This document shows, piece after piece, positions 26,555 to 35,330 of a DNA stretch of 35,994 nt. The DNA comes from Candidatus Bilamarchaeaceae archaeon (lineage in GTDB: Archaea > Micrarchaeota > Micrarchaeia > Anstonellales > Bilamarchaeaceae). A program made the translations under genes and the position numbers. The notes beneath the pieces are model-generated. The model saw only the letters and a list, made by a program, of their open reading frames with translations. It did no database searches and was not told where the DNA came from. Location: NCBI GenBank assembly GCA_038851325.1, contig JAWCKZ010000009.1:1-35994 (forward strand), written 5' to 3'. How positions within the stretch are numbered: position 1 is the stretch's first letter; every line of letters starts with the position of its first letter.

Positions 26555-26864
26555 CGCTACAACCCTCAAATATTCCTGAGAAATTTGTTGATCGTTCCAC
26601 TGTGATGACCCATTTCTCAATTTGTATAAGGACATCTGATGACCCCGAGGACGAAAGAAGGTCGCTCAACGGAGCACCTTTTTTTGAGTTGCAATATATC
26701 TCGTATGCAAGGATATCGTTTTCTACTTCAGCACGCGCCATTACAATCCTGCTTTTTTCTGAAAATGATGAGAATGCCTGCAGAATTGGAGGGGTTATCA
26801 GTGCAATGAGCGTGAGCGTTACAAGAAAAAGGAGCAAAAGCTCCATGGTTACCTGCCCTTTCAT
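26532..26864 (-). CDS. Class III signal peptide (type IV pilin-like) protein
   Basis: MKG/QVTMELLLLFLVTL, canonical KG-QxxxE motif. Confidence 0.8.
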   Translation of the reverse strand: MKGQVTMELLLLFLVTLTLIALITPPILQAFSSFSEKSRIVMARAEVENDILAYEIYCNSKKGAPLSDLLSSSGSSDVLIQIEKWVITVERSTNFSGIFEGCSDDKKAFA

Positions 26865-27604
26865 CCTATCTCCTCATAAACAGTTGGCATTTCAACCTCC
26901 ATCTTCTTCCAACCTGGTCTTTCAAGGATTATCACTATTCTGTCGTCTCCTATTATAACATTACCCTTGAGGGAGTAAATGGTATTGTTGATGTCTGTCC
27001 TTCCAGTAAAAATCTTCTCCCAAAAATCTTTGTCTCCCAAAAAACTCAAATCCGCATCAGATGTGACAACCAAATCCTCCTGTCTTGGTTGAGTATTGTC
27101 TGGATTGCATACATCCCTGCAATCTTCTACATCTTTAACTTTGATGGAGACGTCAATCTCCGGATCAAATCTAACGTTGTTCAGACTTTTGATTTTTTCG
27201 ACCGCTTTGAAATTTATTTTTCTCTTAACGCATGGATAGGAAAAGGTTGAGAGCGTCTCTGTTGTCATGCACCTGATGTAGTTTGCGCATGCGCTTCCAG
27301 TAATTGCACAACCCGCCCCTGTGAGACATGCTGCAGCAGAGACAGCACACCCTCCCTTCTGCCCAATGCATTTTCTATCCGCGCACCCGATCAGACCTGT
27401 CGTGTATTCTGTTACCCCTTCTTTAGCCCCCTCTCTTGCTGCCTCAATGATTGCCTCCTTTGCATTCATTTGAACCTGATAATATCGTTCGACCCATATC
27501 GTGGCCCCTAAATTACTCGTTTTTGCGTTTGTATTGAATTGTGCCAATGAGATTAGCAAAAGGTAAGCAGCAAAGACAATCACGAATGTAAAATATCCGC
27601 GCAT
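26861..27604 (-). CDS. Pilin-like membrane-anchored protein with Cys-rich insert
   Basis: MRG/YFTFVIVFAAYLLLI; Cys/Ala/Gly-rich internal segment. Confidence 0.65.
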   Translation of the reverse strand: MRGYFTFVIVFAAYLLLISLAQFNTNAKTSNLGATIWVERYYQVQMNAKEAIIEAAREGAKEGVTEYTTGLIGCADRKCIGQKGGCAVSAAACLTGAGCAITGSACANYIRCMTTETLSTFSYPCVKRKINFKAVEKIKSLNNVRFDPEIDVSIKVKDVEDCRDVCNPDNTQPRQEDLVVTSDADLSFLGDKDFWEKIFTGRTDINNTIYSLKGNVIIGDDRIVIILERPGWKKMEVEMPTVYEEIG

Positions 27605-27621
27605 ATGGTGAGCCCTTTAGG

Positions 27622-27804
27622 CTATTTAACTCTCACAGCATACGTTCCTATAGTATTGATTGAGGCAGCCTTTGCTATTTCGGAGTGCTCAGGGTCAAGG
27701 ACTATTATCATACCAGAGAGCCTATCAGAAAGTTCTCCTCCGCACCTTGGGCAGCTCTTCTCCCCTGTGAAAATAACAAACCTGCAGTTCTTGCATGCTT
27801 TCAT
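27622..27804 (-). CDS. spt4: Transcription elongation factor Spt4 (RpoE'')
   Basis: MKACKNC...CPRCG...GMIIVLDPEHSEIAK...G.YAVRV. Confidence 0.95.
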   Translation of the reverse strand: MKACKNCRFVIFTGEKSCPRCGGELSDRLSGMIIVLDPEHSEIAKAASINTIGTYAVRVK

Positions 27805-28379
27805 TTTTTCTCCTCTATCTTTTCCTTTCTCTCCTCTTTCTTCTCTTCTCTTTCAAGCCAATCAAGGAGGCCAAGGCCATCAGACCTCATCGTGAGTCCG
27901 ATCTTTGTATCTGCAGCAGTCGGCTTAAGACTTACTGTTGAAATCTTTACAATGGCAATATCCCCTTTCTTCACGCTTTTCTTGGCCGCGCGTGAAATTA
28001 GCGCTTTTGATTTTTTATCGTACGAGTACTTCTCCTTTCCTATCTGCGATATATGTATCAGGCCTTGGAAAGGGCCTATGGAAGCAAACGCTCCGAATTC
28101 TACAATGTCGCTTATCTCTGCCTTGAACACCTCGTTCACATACGGCATGAAAGCTAGCGTTTTAAATCTGACTGTGTAGTACGCGCCAGGGTCGCCAGGG
28201 ATTACGATACCATCGCTAAGTAACTCTGGATCTGATATCGAGAGTATAATCCCCGTATCCTTAAATATTCTTCCTTCATATCTCTCGCGCAGGATTCTAA
28301 GTGCTGCATCCTTAATCTCGCTTCCGAACATCTCTGGTGGTATTCTGATTTTATCCTCAGCAATATTCAGATAATACAT
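27801..28379 (-). CDS. rpoE1: DNA-directed RNA polymerase subunit Rpo7 (E')
   Basis: IRIPP..FG, IPGDPGAY, S1 domain EFGAF..IGP..GLIHISQI, KIGLTMR..GLG..DW. Confidence 0.96.
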   Translation of the reverse strand: MYYLNIAEDKIRIPPEMFGSEIKDAALRILRERYEGRIFKDTGIILSISDPELLSDGIVIPGDPGAYYTVRFKTLAFMPYVNEVFKAEISDIVEFGAFASIGPFQGLIHISQIGKEKYSYDKKSKALISRAAKKSVKKGDIAIVKISTVSLKPTAADTKIGLTMRSDGLGLLDWLEREEKKEERKEKIEEKK

Positions 28380-28430
28380 GGCGCACCTCTAAAAATAGCA
28401 TTATTATTTCTTTCGCTTGATTTTTAAAAT

Positions 28431-29585
28431 TTATCCCTTCATCACCTCTTCAATTATGTCAAAGGCGTAATTAAGCTGTTCGATGGATGCGAGAAAGACA
28501 ATCCTGAAAAAGATGTTTGGCATTCGGCCGAATGCAGAACCTGGAACAACAACAACGCCCTTGCGAAGGAGCGCGCGCACGCATTCCCAATCATTTTTCC
28601 ATTTTGTGTTTTCGACCTTAATGAATGCATAGAATGTGCCACCTGGCTTTACAACATGAAGCCCATCAATCTCAGCGACGCGCTTCAAAAGAATCTCCCT
28701 TCTCTTTCTAAGTTCTGCGTTGAATTTCTTTACATGCTCAAGCCCGCCACGGAGTGCGGCTATATATCCGCGTTGCATCTCCCAATTAACGGAAAGACGC
28801 TGATTGCAAAGGCGCTGAATTGCATCCTTCACGTTCCCCCACTCGCCATGAAAAGCTAGGTAGCCAACCCTGGCACCGGGATAAATGAAATTCTTCGAAA
28901 GACTGTTTCCGGAGACGAGTGGAACGTCCTTATGTATCCTTCTTAGATTCACATATTCGCTCTCATCAAGTATTATGTGCTCGTAGGCATCATCAGCTAT
29001 TATTGGGAGTTTGTATTCCCCTGCTATATTCACTATTTCCTCAAGCGTTTTTCGCGAATAAACTTTCCCAGTTGGATTGTTCGGGTTGATTACAAGAATG
29101 GCGCGTGTGTATTGTGTTATCTCTCTCCTGATACTGTCGATGTCAGGTTCGTAATCATCATCGCATCCGTAGCACTCAACCGGGCCATAGCTGAGCCGCT
29201 GCTTTGTTATGTAAAGAGGGTAGGTTGGAAGAGGAAGCAATATGCTTCTGCCAGGATCAATGAGCGCCTGGAAAAGAAAATCGATGCCCTCGCTAAGGCC
29301 TGACGTAACAAAAACGTCGCTCTCACTCACTCCCTCGTATTTTGCTATCTCTTCTCTTAATTCCGGATCTCCTTCGGATGGCGCATATCCAGAGTAGTTA
29401 TCCCTCAGGGCATTTGCAACTGTATCTAATATGTGGGCTGGTGGCCTGAAGCCAAATGGTGCAGGATCACCAATATTTAAGTATATCATTTTTTTGTTCT
29501 GCTCTCTTTCGAGCTTTTTTGCCTCGACGACTATATCCCTTATGGGATAAGAAACGAGTTCGCTTCTCGATGAAGGCGTTGTCAT
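28431..29585 (-). CDS. PLP-dependent aminotransferase class I/II (alanine aminotransferase-like)
   Basis: YPIRD, LNIGDP, INPNNPTG, DDAY, SLSKNFIYPGARVG. Confidence 0.92.
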   Translation of the reverse strand: MTTPSSRSELVSYPIRDIVVEAKKLEREQNKKMIYLNIGDPAPFGFRPPAHILDTVANALRDNYSGYAPSEGDPELREEIAKYEGVSESDVFVTSGLSEGIDFLFQALIDPGRSILLPLPTYPLYITKQRLSYGPVECYGCDDDYEPDIDSIRREITQYTRAILVINPNNPTGKVYSRKTLEEIVNIAGEYKLPIIADDAYEHIILDESEYVNLRRIHKDVPLVSGNSLSKNFIYPGARVGYLAFHGEWGNVKDAIQRLCNQRLSVNWEMQRGYIAALRGGLEHVKKFNAELRKRREILLKRVAEIDGLHVVKPGGTFYAFIKVENTKWKNDWECVRALLRKGVVVVPGSAFGRMPNIFFRIVFLASIEQLNYAFDIIEEVMKG

Positions 29586-29587
29586 TC

Positions 29588-29983
29588 TTATTTAACCCCC
29601 AGGACTTCCTTTGCAGTTTCAAAGTGCTGGCTCTCTGGTTTTATAGCAACTTCTGTAAAATCATGTTTTCTTGAAACTATGTAGAGGCTCTCAAGATTAA
29701 CGCCGCGGTTTGCCAGTTTTCTTGTAATCTTCCCAAGTTCGCCAGGTCTATTTATGAGCTTTACAACTATGACCTCTGCTTCAGATGCATGTATAACTGC
29801 AGGGAGCTTCCCAATCGCCTTGAGAGCGGTAAGCGAATCCGTGGTTATTATACGAAATATGGCTGTGTTATCTTTTCCATAGGCAGATATAGCCTCTATG
29901 TTTACACCAACATTTCCGAGCGCCTCAGCGACCTGCGCCAGCGCGCCAACTTCATTTTTTGCTACAATTGTAATCTCCTTCAT
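29588..29983 (-). CDS. Tandem ACT domain protein
   Basis: NEVGALAQV...GVNI and NRPGELGKI...GVNL repeats. Confidence 0.9.
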   Translation of the reverse strand: MKEITIVAKNEVGALAQVAEALGNVGVNIEAISAYGKDNTAIFRIITTDSLTALKAIGKLPAVIHASEAEVIVVKLINRPGELGKITRKLANRGVNLESLYIVSRKHDFTEVAIKPESQHFETAKEVLGVK

Positions 29984-30102
29984 CTCACCACCAATCTGTA
30001 TTCTGCAATTTGCTTTTTAAAGCATGGCCTGTTGTTAAATTCAAATAAGGTTAATGCAAGTCCCAGGATAAAGTTTATTACCCTTCACCTCGCTAAAATA
30101 TC

Positions 30103-30420
30103 ATGACATCACGGAAGGCGATATTAGAAAAGTTGAAGGAGGTTATGGATCCCGAGCTTGGGATAAACATCGTTGACCTGGGGCTCATCTACAACATAAA
30201 TATTCAGAGAGAAAAGAAAAAAGGAAGTAGACAGAAGGTCAGATTAGAGGTAATGTTTACAACCCCGATGTGCCCTATGATGAATTTTATGCTGGATGAG
30301 ATACAGAGAAAACTCAATGAGATAAAAGATGCTGATTTTGAAGTGAGTGTCGTTTTTGAGCCGAGATGGACACCAGATAGAATGAGTGCTGAGGCAAAGA
30401 AAAAGCTCGGTATCAAGTGA
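30103..30420 (+). CDS. Metal-sulfur cluster assembly factor (DUF59/SufT/MIP18)
   Basis: DPELGINIVDLGLIY, TTPMCP, FEPRWTPDRMS. Confidence 0.93.
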   Translation: MTSRKAILEKLKEVMDPELGINIVDLGLIYNINIQREKKKGSRQKVRLEVMFTTPMCPMMNFMLDEIQRKLNEIKDADFEVSVVFEPRWTPDRMSAEAKKKLGIK

Positions 30421-30424
30421 TTTA

Positions 30425-31714
30425 ATGCGAATAACCTTTTACGGTGGTGCTGAAGAAGTTGGGAGAAGTGCGATAGTCATCGAAGAAGGAAAAGCGCGAG
30501 CCATGTTAGATTGTGGAATAAAACTTGGTGAGAGGCTTGAATTCCCTTTGATAAGCAAAGAGGAGCTGAAAGGAATACATGAGATCGTGCTGACACACGC
30601 TCACCTTGATCACAGCGGCTATATTCCGCACCTCTTCTCAGAAGGTATGGTGCCAAGGGTGTATGCCACAAAGCCAACGCGGGACCTTACGGGTGTCCTT
30701 TTTGCAGATTATTACAGGGTGCAGAGAGCGAAGGGAAAGCCACTTTTTTCAGAAAGTGCCATCCGGAATTCCCTCCAAAAAGTTGTGATGGTTGAATACG
30801 GGCAGGAAACCGGAAGGGCATTTCGCTTTGTGCTTCGCAGTGCAGGCCATATCATGGGAAGTTCTATGGTTCACATTCCTGAGAAGAAATTTCTTTATAC
30901 TGGTGACATGTGCATGAGGAAAACAAGGATACTTGAACCATGCGAGCGGAATCTCAGTGCAGAAACACTTGTGATAGAATCAACATACGGAGGTAGAAAG
31001 GACATTCTTCCAAGCTTTAAGGAAGCTGGTCAGGCTCTCACCAGAATTATAAATGAAACGTTAGACAAAGGTGGGCACGTTCTCATTCCTTGTTTTGCAG
31101 TGGGTCGTGCACAGGAGATTCTGCTTATGCTCGACGACTACATGCGCTCTGGTGTTTTGCGCGATAGCAGAATATATATAGAAGGAATGATATGGAAGGC
31201 GCTGCGCATCTATAGGCATAATGCGATATACGCAAATGACGACATAAAAAGAAGAATACTCATGAGCGAGGATGATCCGTTTAAAAGCCCACGTTTTCAC
31301 AGGCCAAGGACAAAGGACAGAGTAGACGTCCTTGCTCAGCCATCCATAATAATATCGACATCAGGAATGCTCACTGGGGGCCCTGCGCTTTTTTATCTTG
31401 AAAAACTTGCTGAGAATCCTTCGAGCACGATTATATTTGTGGGCTACCAGGCCCCAGGCACCCTTGGAAGGCGAATAACAGAGGGAGAGCGGCTGATAAA
31501 AATTGGGGGTAGGGAAATTGAATTAAAGTTGAGAGTAGAACAAGTGCGGATATCCGGTCATGCAGATTACAATGAGCTTCTCCAGTTTATCAAGGGCGTA
31601 AAGGATTTGAAGCGCGTTTTTCTAATTCATGGTGAAAAGCCTGAGATAGCAGAAGCGCTGGAAAGAAAATATGAAGTTATCGTTCCACGTCTTCTCGAGA
31701 CATACGGTTTCTAA
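30425..31714 (+). CDS. Metallo-beta-lactamase/beta-CASP ribonuclease (aCPSF-like, no KH domains)
   Basis: GGAEEVGRS, THAHLDHSG, AGHIMGS, ESTYG, AVGRAQE, SGMLTGG, SGHAD, HGE. Confidence 0.93.
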   Translation: MRITFYGGAEEVGRSAIVIEEGKARAMLDCGIKLGERLEFPLISKEELKGIHEIVLTHAHLDHSGYIPHLFSEGMVPRVYATKPTRDLTGVLFADYYRVQRAKGKPLFSESAIRNSLQKVVMVEYGQETGRAFRFVLRSAGHIMGSSMVHIPEKKFLYTGDMCMRKTRILEPCERNLSAETLVIESTYGGRKDILPSFKEAGQALTRIINETLDKGGHVLIPCFAVGRAQEILLMLDDYMRSGVLRDSRIYIEGMIWKALRIYRHNAIYANDDIKRRILMSEDDPFKSPRFHRPRTKDRVDVLAQPSIIISTSGMLTGGPALFYLEKLAENPSSTIIFVGYQAPGTLGRRITEGERLIKIGGREIELKLRVEQVRISGHADYNELLQFIKGVKDLKRVFLIHGEKPEIAEALERKYEVIVPRLLETYGF

Positions 31715-31723
31715 AACCAGAAC

Positions 31724-33850
31724 TCAGGAAATTATTATACATTCTGGTTCCTGTATCTGCAACACTGCTTCACAGTTTCCTTCCGGTCCTTCATGGTGTG
31801 GGTCTGTATCTATGGTTGCCGTTATCCTTCCAGTTCCAGACCTAGCGTCAGACCTCACTGTATAGACAGCACCGTAGTTATCCCCACTTACTGTGGCGCT
31901 CTCTGCACTCCATGAGACACCATCGCATGTTTCATTCCCAGAAGGACCGCACTTTATCACCACCGTGCCGCTCATGGATGGATATGCTGGCGAAATTACA
32001 GATGGATTTATTACACACAGCACTCCCTCGGACGGTGTTTCGTTTTCTTGAGCAGTTTCGTTTGTTGTTTGATTTGTTATGTTTCCAACGATTACATGAG
32101 ACCAATCGATTGCTCCACGGAGCGTTGGGTCAGATGGACTTGTATACCATGCAATTACCTGAACATCCCCCTCGCTTTCAGTGGTTGCTGTAAATGTGAC
32201 CCCTCTCGTTGTTTCTCCTGTAAGAGAACCGTCTAATCCGTTTACAGTGTCATAATCCGCCCTGGTTGGGCTTGCTGGTGTTCCTTCCATGCTGCAGTTT
32301 ACAGTAAAATCCTGTGAGTCCCCTACATTAAGATTTGCGCTATCTGGTGTAAGGTCACATACAAATGAATTTGGGTCTCTCGAATCCTCAGGTGGGTAGG
32401 AAATTATTCTTCCAGCGCACATCACACTTCCTGTTCTATAGGTGATATAATCAGCGCATGCTGGTGTGGGAAGAAGGCACGATGTCTCAGTGACATAGCC
32501 GATTGCGTTTCTCGAAGACTTACTTATAAAACCTCCATTGATACGATCAAAAGACCAATCATCTCCTACACATGGCACAACAGCGCCGATTGCGTTATAG
32601 CATGTAACGCTCCATTCATGGATTTCATACGGCGTGAGCGCAAGACCCATCGGTTGTATCTCGCACCTTGTTATCCCGCCCCCGGGAGGAATGTTCACGG
32701 TTGTGTTCCATGTGGTAGAAGCGTTGCATGTTGGGTCTGGCGATTCGTAGTCAAGCCTAAATATGTCTCCAGAGAGCGTACCGCTATAGGTGACATACAG
32801 ATCGTGGCTATCTCCGGGGTTTATGTACTCATTAAATCCGTTATCTCCTGAGCAGAACCAGCCATACAGCATGCAATCGAGCCCTCCTGCAGGGTGTGCT
32901 GAACCGCTTATCGGATGAACCGCAGTAACCTGCTCTCGAACATCTCCTGTATTTCTTACAGTAATTCTGAGTAGATAGGTTGAGCCGGAGGAGCGTTCTG
33001 CTCTCACACCAGTTATATCTAGCCCGGGCTGGATGTTAACAACAGAGATGACAGACGATTCGGTCACGGTTGGGATGGAAGGAGCATTGTGAGCAAACAC
33101 GTATAGTCTAAAGCAATCAGTTCCGCTGTCAACAGGATGTTTTACAACAGCGGCAAAGCACTCTACATTCTGTAAGGAAAAACGAATAGTTCTGCGGCCT
33201 TCTGTTGTAAACGTCTCCTCGTAATATGTAGGTGGCGAACTCATATCACCCCCATCCCCTCTAGACTCTACGCTGACTGCCCATCTTCCTTTACATATAA
33301 CATCTGCGTATCCTTTCTTAGCCGTGTATGGAAGTTCGCCCACTTCGCGATAGTAGTCAACAGATTGAGCTGGGAAATTGCCGCCAAGGCTATTATACAA
33401 GGCCTCACCGTCGCTTCCTTCATGTATTTGTTCCAGCCAGTCATTTGAGTGTTGATCATAAAATACGGAGTTTATCCAAACAATTTTGTTTTCAGTTTTT
33501 GTTGTATAATTTTCCATATCCTCAGGATGTCTGCAAAATGGATAAAGAGAATCGATTTGAAGATTACCACCAGTCGCCCATTTTTCTATTACATACGGCC
33601 TTATTCTTATAGTGCTTCCGGTACAGACCTGCGCTTCGCCCTTACACGGATCACCAGTACCTATGGATTTTCCAGAAACAACGCTACATGTATAATCTGT
33701 TTTAAACGATATTCCAGTTCTGAAATCCTCATCACTCCTTTCAACATATCCATCCTCAAAATTCGCTGTTGTTGAATAAGTGGCTGCAAAGCTCAATCCA
33801 AGGAAGAGCAAAAACAAAGCGATGCACGTGACACGTTTCATTTTTTTCAC
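31724..33850 (-). CDS. Secreted Cys-rich surface protein with CARDB/Ig-like domains
   Basis: Sec signal (KRVTCIALFLLFLGLSFA), LRITVRNTGD CARDB-like motif, three C-x-[IL]-x-P...C repeats, many N-x-[ST] sequons. Confidence 0.8.
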   Translation of the reverse strand: MKKMKRVTCIALFLLFLGLSFAATYSTTANFEDGYVERSDEDFRTGISFKTDYTCSVVSGKSIGTGDPCKGEAQVCTGSTIRIRPYVIEKWATGGNLQIDSLYPFCRHPEDMENYTTKTENKIVWINSVFYDQHSNDWLEQIHEGSDGEALYNSLGGNFPAQSVDYYREVGELPYTAKKGYADVICKGRWAVSVESRGDGGDMSSPPTYYEETFTTEGRRTIRFSLQNVECFAAVVKHPVDSGTDCFRLYVFAHNAPSIPTVTESSVISVVNIQPGLDITGVRAERSSGSTYLLRITVRNTGDVREQVTAVHPISGSAHPAGGLDCMLYGWFCSGDNGFNEYINPGDSHDLYVTYSGTLSGDIFRLDYESPDPTCNASTTWNTTVNIPPGGGITRCEIQPMGLALTPYEIHEWSVTCYNAIGAVVPCVGDDWSFDRINGGFISKSSRNAIGYVTETSCLLPTPACADYITYRTGSVMCAGRIISYPPEDSRDPNSFVCDLTPDSANLNVGDSQDFTVNCSMEGTPASPTRADYDTVNGLDGSLTGETTRGVTFTATTESEGDVQVIAWYTSPSDPTLRGAIDWSHVIVGNITNQTTNETAQENETPSEGVLCVINPSVISPAYPSMSGTVVIKCGPSGNETCDGVSWSAESATVSGDNYGAVYTVRSDARSGTGRITATIDTDPHHEGPEGNCEAVLQIQEPECIIIS

Positions 33851-35304
33851 CCTGTGACAGATGTTATTTTGCTGAGTTCAATTGTATCTGTAAAGTAGCC
33901 TTTTATCTTGTTTTCACTTTCATCGTATTTCCATATGTCTGTTTTGAAAAGTGTGGCAAACCTATTGTTTGTTCGTGCGACAACTATTGGGTCAACTGCT
34001 CCGAAGGTCTTAAGTTCAACCAAAAGATGCCAAACTACAGGCATGAAGTAGAAGTCTGTTCTTACCGTTGCACCTTGCATTGTTGCCATTATTAAATATA
34101 CCGAGTGGGTTATGGGATCTCCAATTTCAAAATCCTCCTCTGCTTTTTTTATGTCCAGTACTCCTCCTCCCTTGAATTTTATTAACATATTTTTGAAACC
34201 TATAAACTCTGTAAGGTTACCCTCGTAATAATTATGACCGAATATGCAATCAGCAAAAATCTGGACAGGGATAAGCTTGGATTTGGTCTCTGGTTCGAAC
34301 TCTTTTGTTACGTCGTAAAAGCCTGTAAAGAACTGCTGGAGCGCATAAAACATGCTGTACACAGCAGTAATAAAGCAGACAGATGTATTCTCATCCTTTT
34401 CTCTTAATTTTACCACGTACTCCAAAGACCTTGTGTCAAACCTTAGAGCGCATTCTGTTGAGAAAGTCACTAATTCTGCAGTTCCGTTATCCACAAAATG
34501 AATAAGGGTGCACATACCAGCATGTTTCATTGTCTTGTAGATGTTCTCATTCTCGTTCAGCAATATAACCGCTCCCCAAAAGTCTCCTTCTTTAAACAGA
34601 TTGCTGATCTTTATGCTAAAATCGCTTTCTTTAGCGCACTTCAAAAAGAGTTTTGCCATTTCTTTTGAGTTTCTGCTTGCAAACGCATCCTGGTTAATTT
34701 CTTCTTTTGAGAACAGATTGTTTTTCTTTGCATATAGCGCAAGCATAAAAACCCTGGAGAAGAACTGACCGATATCAGCCTCGTTGCTGTCAAACTCGGA
34801 AAGCGTCTCACTTTCAATTATAAACGGCTCTGCAGAGATTAGAATATTATTCTCATCACTGTGAAGCCAAACCATTGGTATAGAAGAGAGAATGCCAAGT
34901 TTGAAAGATTTTAGTTGGCCTTCCTCAATTACCCGGTTAATCAGTCTTAGAACCTTTGCTCTGTCATCAGGTCCAAAATCAAATATGGGCAATTCTGTAA
35001 TGTCGCGTTTGATGGTGTCCGGTAAGGATTTAATGGTATTGCTTTCCCACTTTAGCATCGCATCAAGAAGCGCAGCCCTTCCTTTTTCTATTTGACGAAT
35101 AGGATTTTTCAACTGCGCGGATGCGTATTCAAGAGCGTGCCTGCTCGTTTCTGGCATTCGGTCTTTCAGAATAGAGTAGAGCCTTAAGAGATTCGTAGCT
35201 CGAATAAAACACTCTGCTATTTCTGTTGGTTCTCTGGCTTCCTTTTTCCCGTTTATAACATCTATACACCACAACATTCTTGATGTTTCAAAATCTAAGG
35301 CCAT
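33847..35304 (-). CDS. Hypothetical protein (485 aa)
   Basis: Long ORF with SD (AAGGGGAG), overlapping the next gene by GTGA; no recognisable motif. Confidence 0.75.
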   Translation of the reverse strand: MALDFETSRMLWCIDVINGKKEAREPTEIAECFIRATNLLRLYSILKDRMPETSRHALEYASAQLKNPIRQIEKGRAALLDAMLKWESNTIKSLPDTIKRDITELPIFDFGPDDRAKVLRLINRVIEEGQLKSFKLGILSSIPMVWLHSDENNILISAEPFIIESETLSEFDSNEADIGQFFSRVFMLALYAKKNNLFSKEEINQDAFASRNSKEMAKLFLKCAKESDFSIKISNLFKEGDFWGAVILLNENENIYKTMKHAGMCTLIHFVDNGTAELVTFSTECALRFDTRSLEYVVKLREKDENTSVCFITAVYSMFYALQQFFTGFYDVTKEFEPETKSKLIPVQIFADCIFGHNYYEGNLTEFIGFKNMLIKFKGGGVLDIKKAEEDFEIGDPITHSVYLIMATMQGATVRTDFYFMPVVWHLLVELKTFGAVDPIVVARTNNRFATLFKTDIWKYDESENKIKGYFTDTIELSKITSVTG

Positions 35305-35330
35305 GATCTCCCCTTACCACATCCATCTAT

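Noticed and set aside
31724..31745. CaaX prenylation signal at the end of the surface protein
   Set aside because: The Cys is fifth from the end, the protein is secreted, and CaaX prenylation is not established in archaea.
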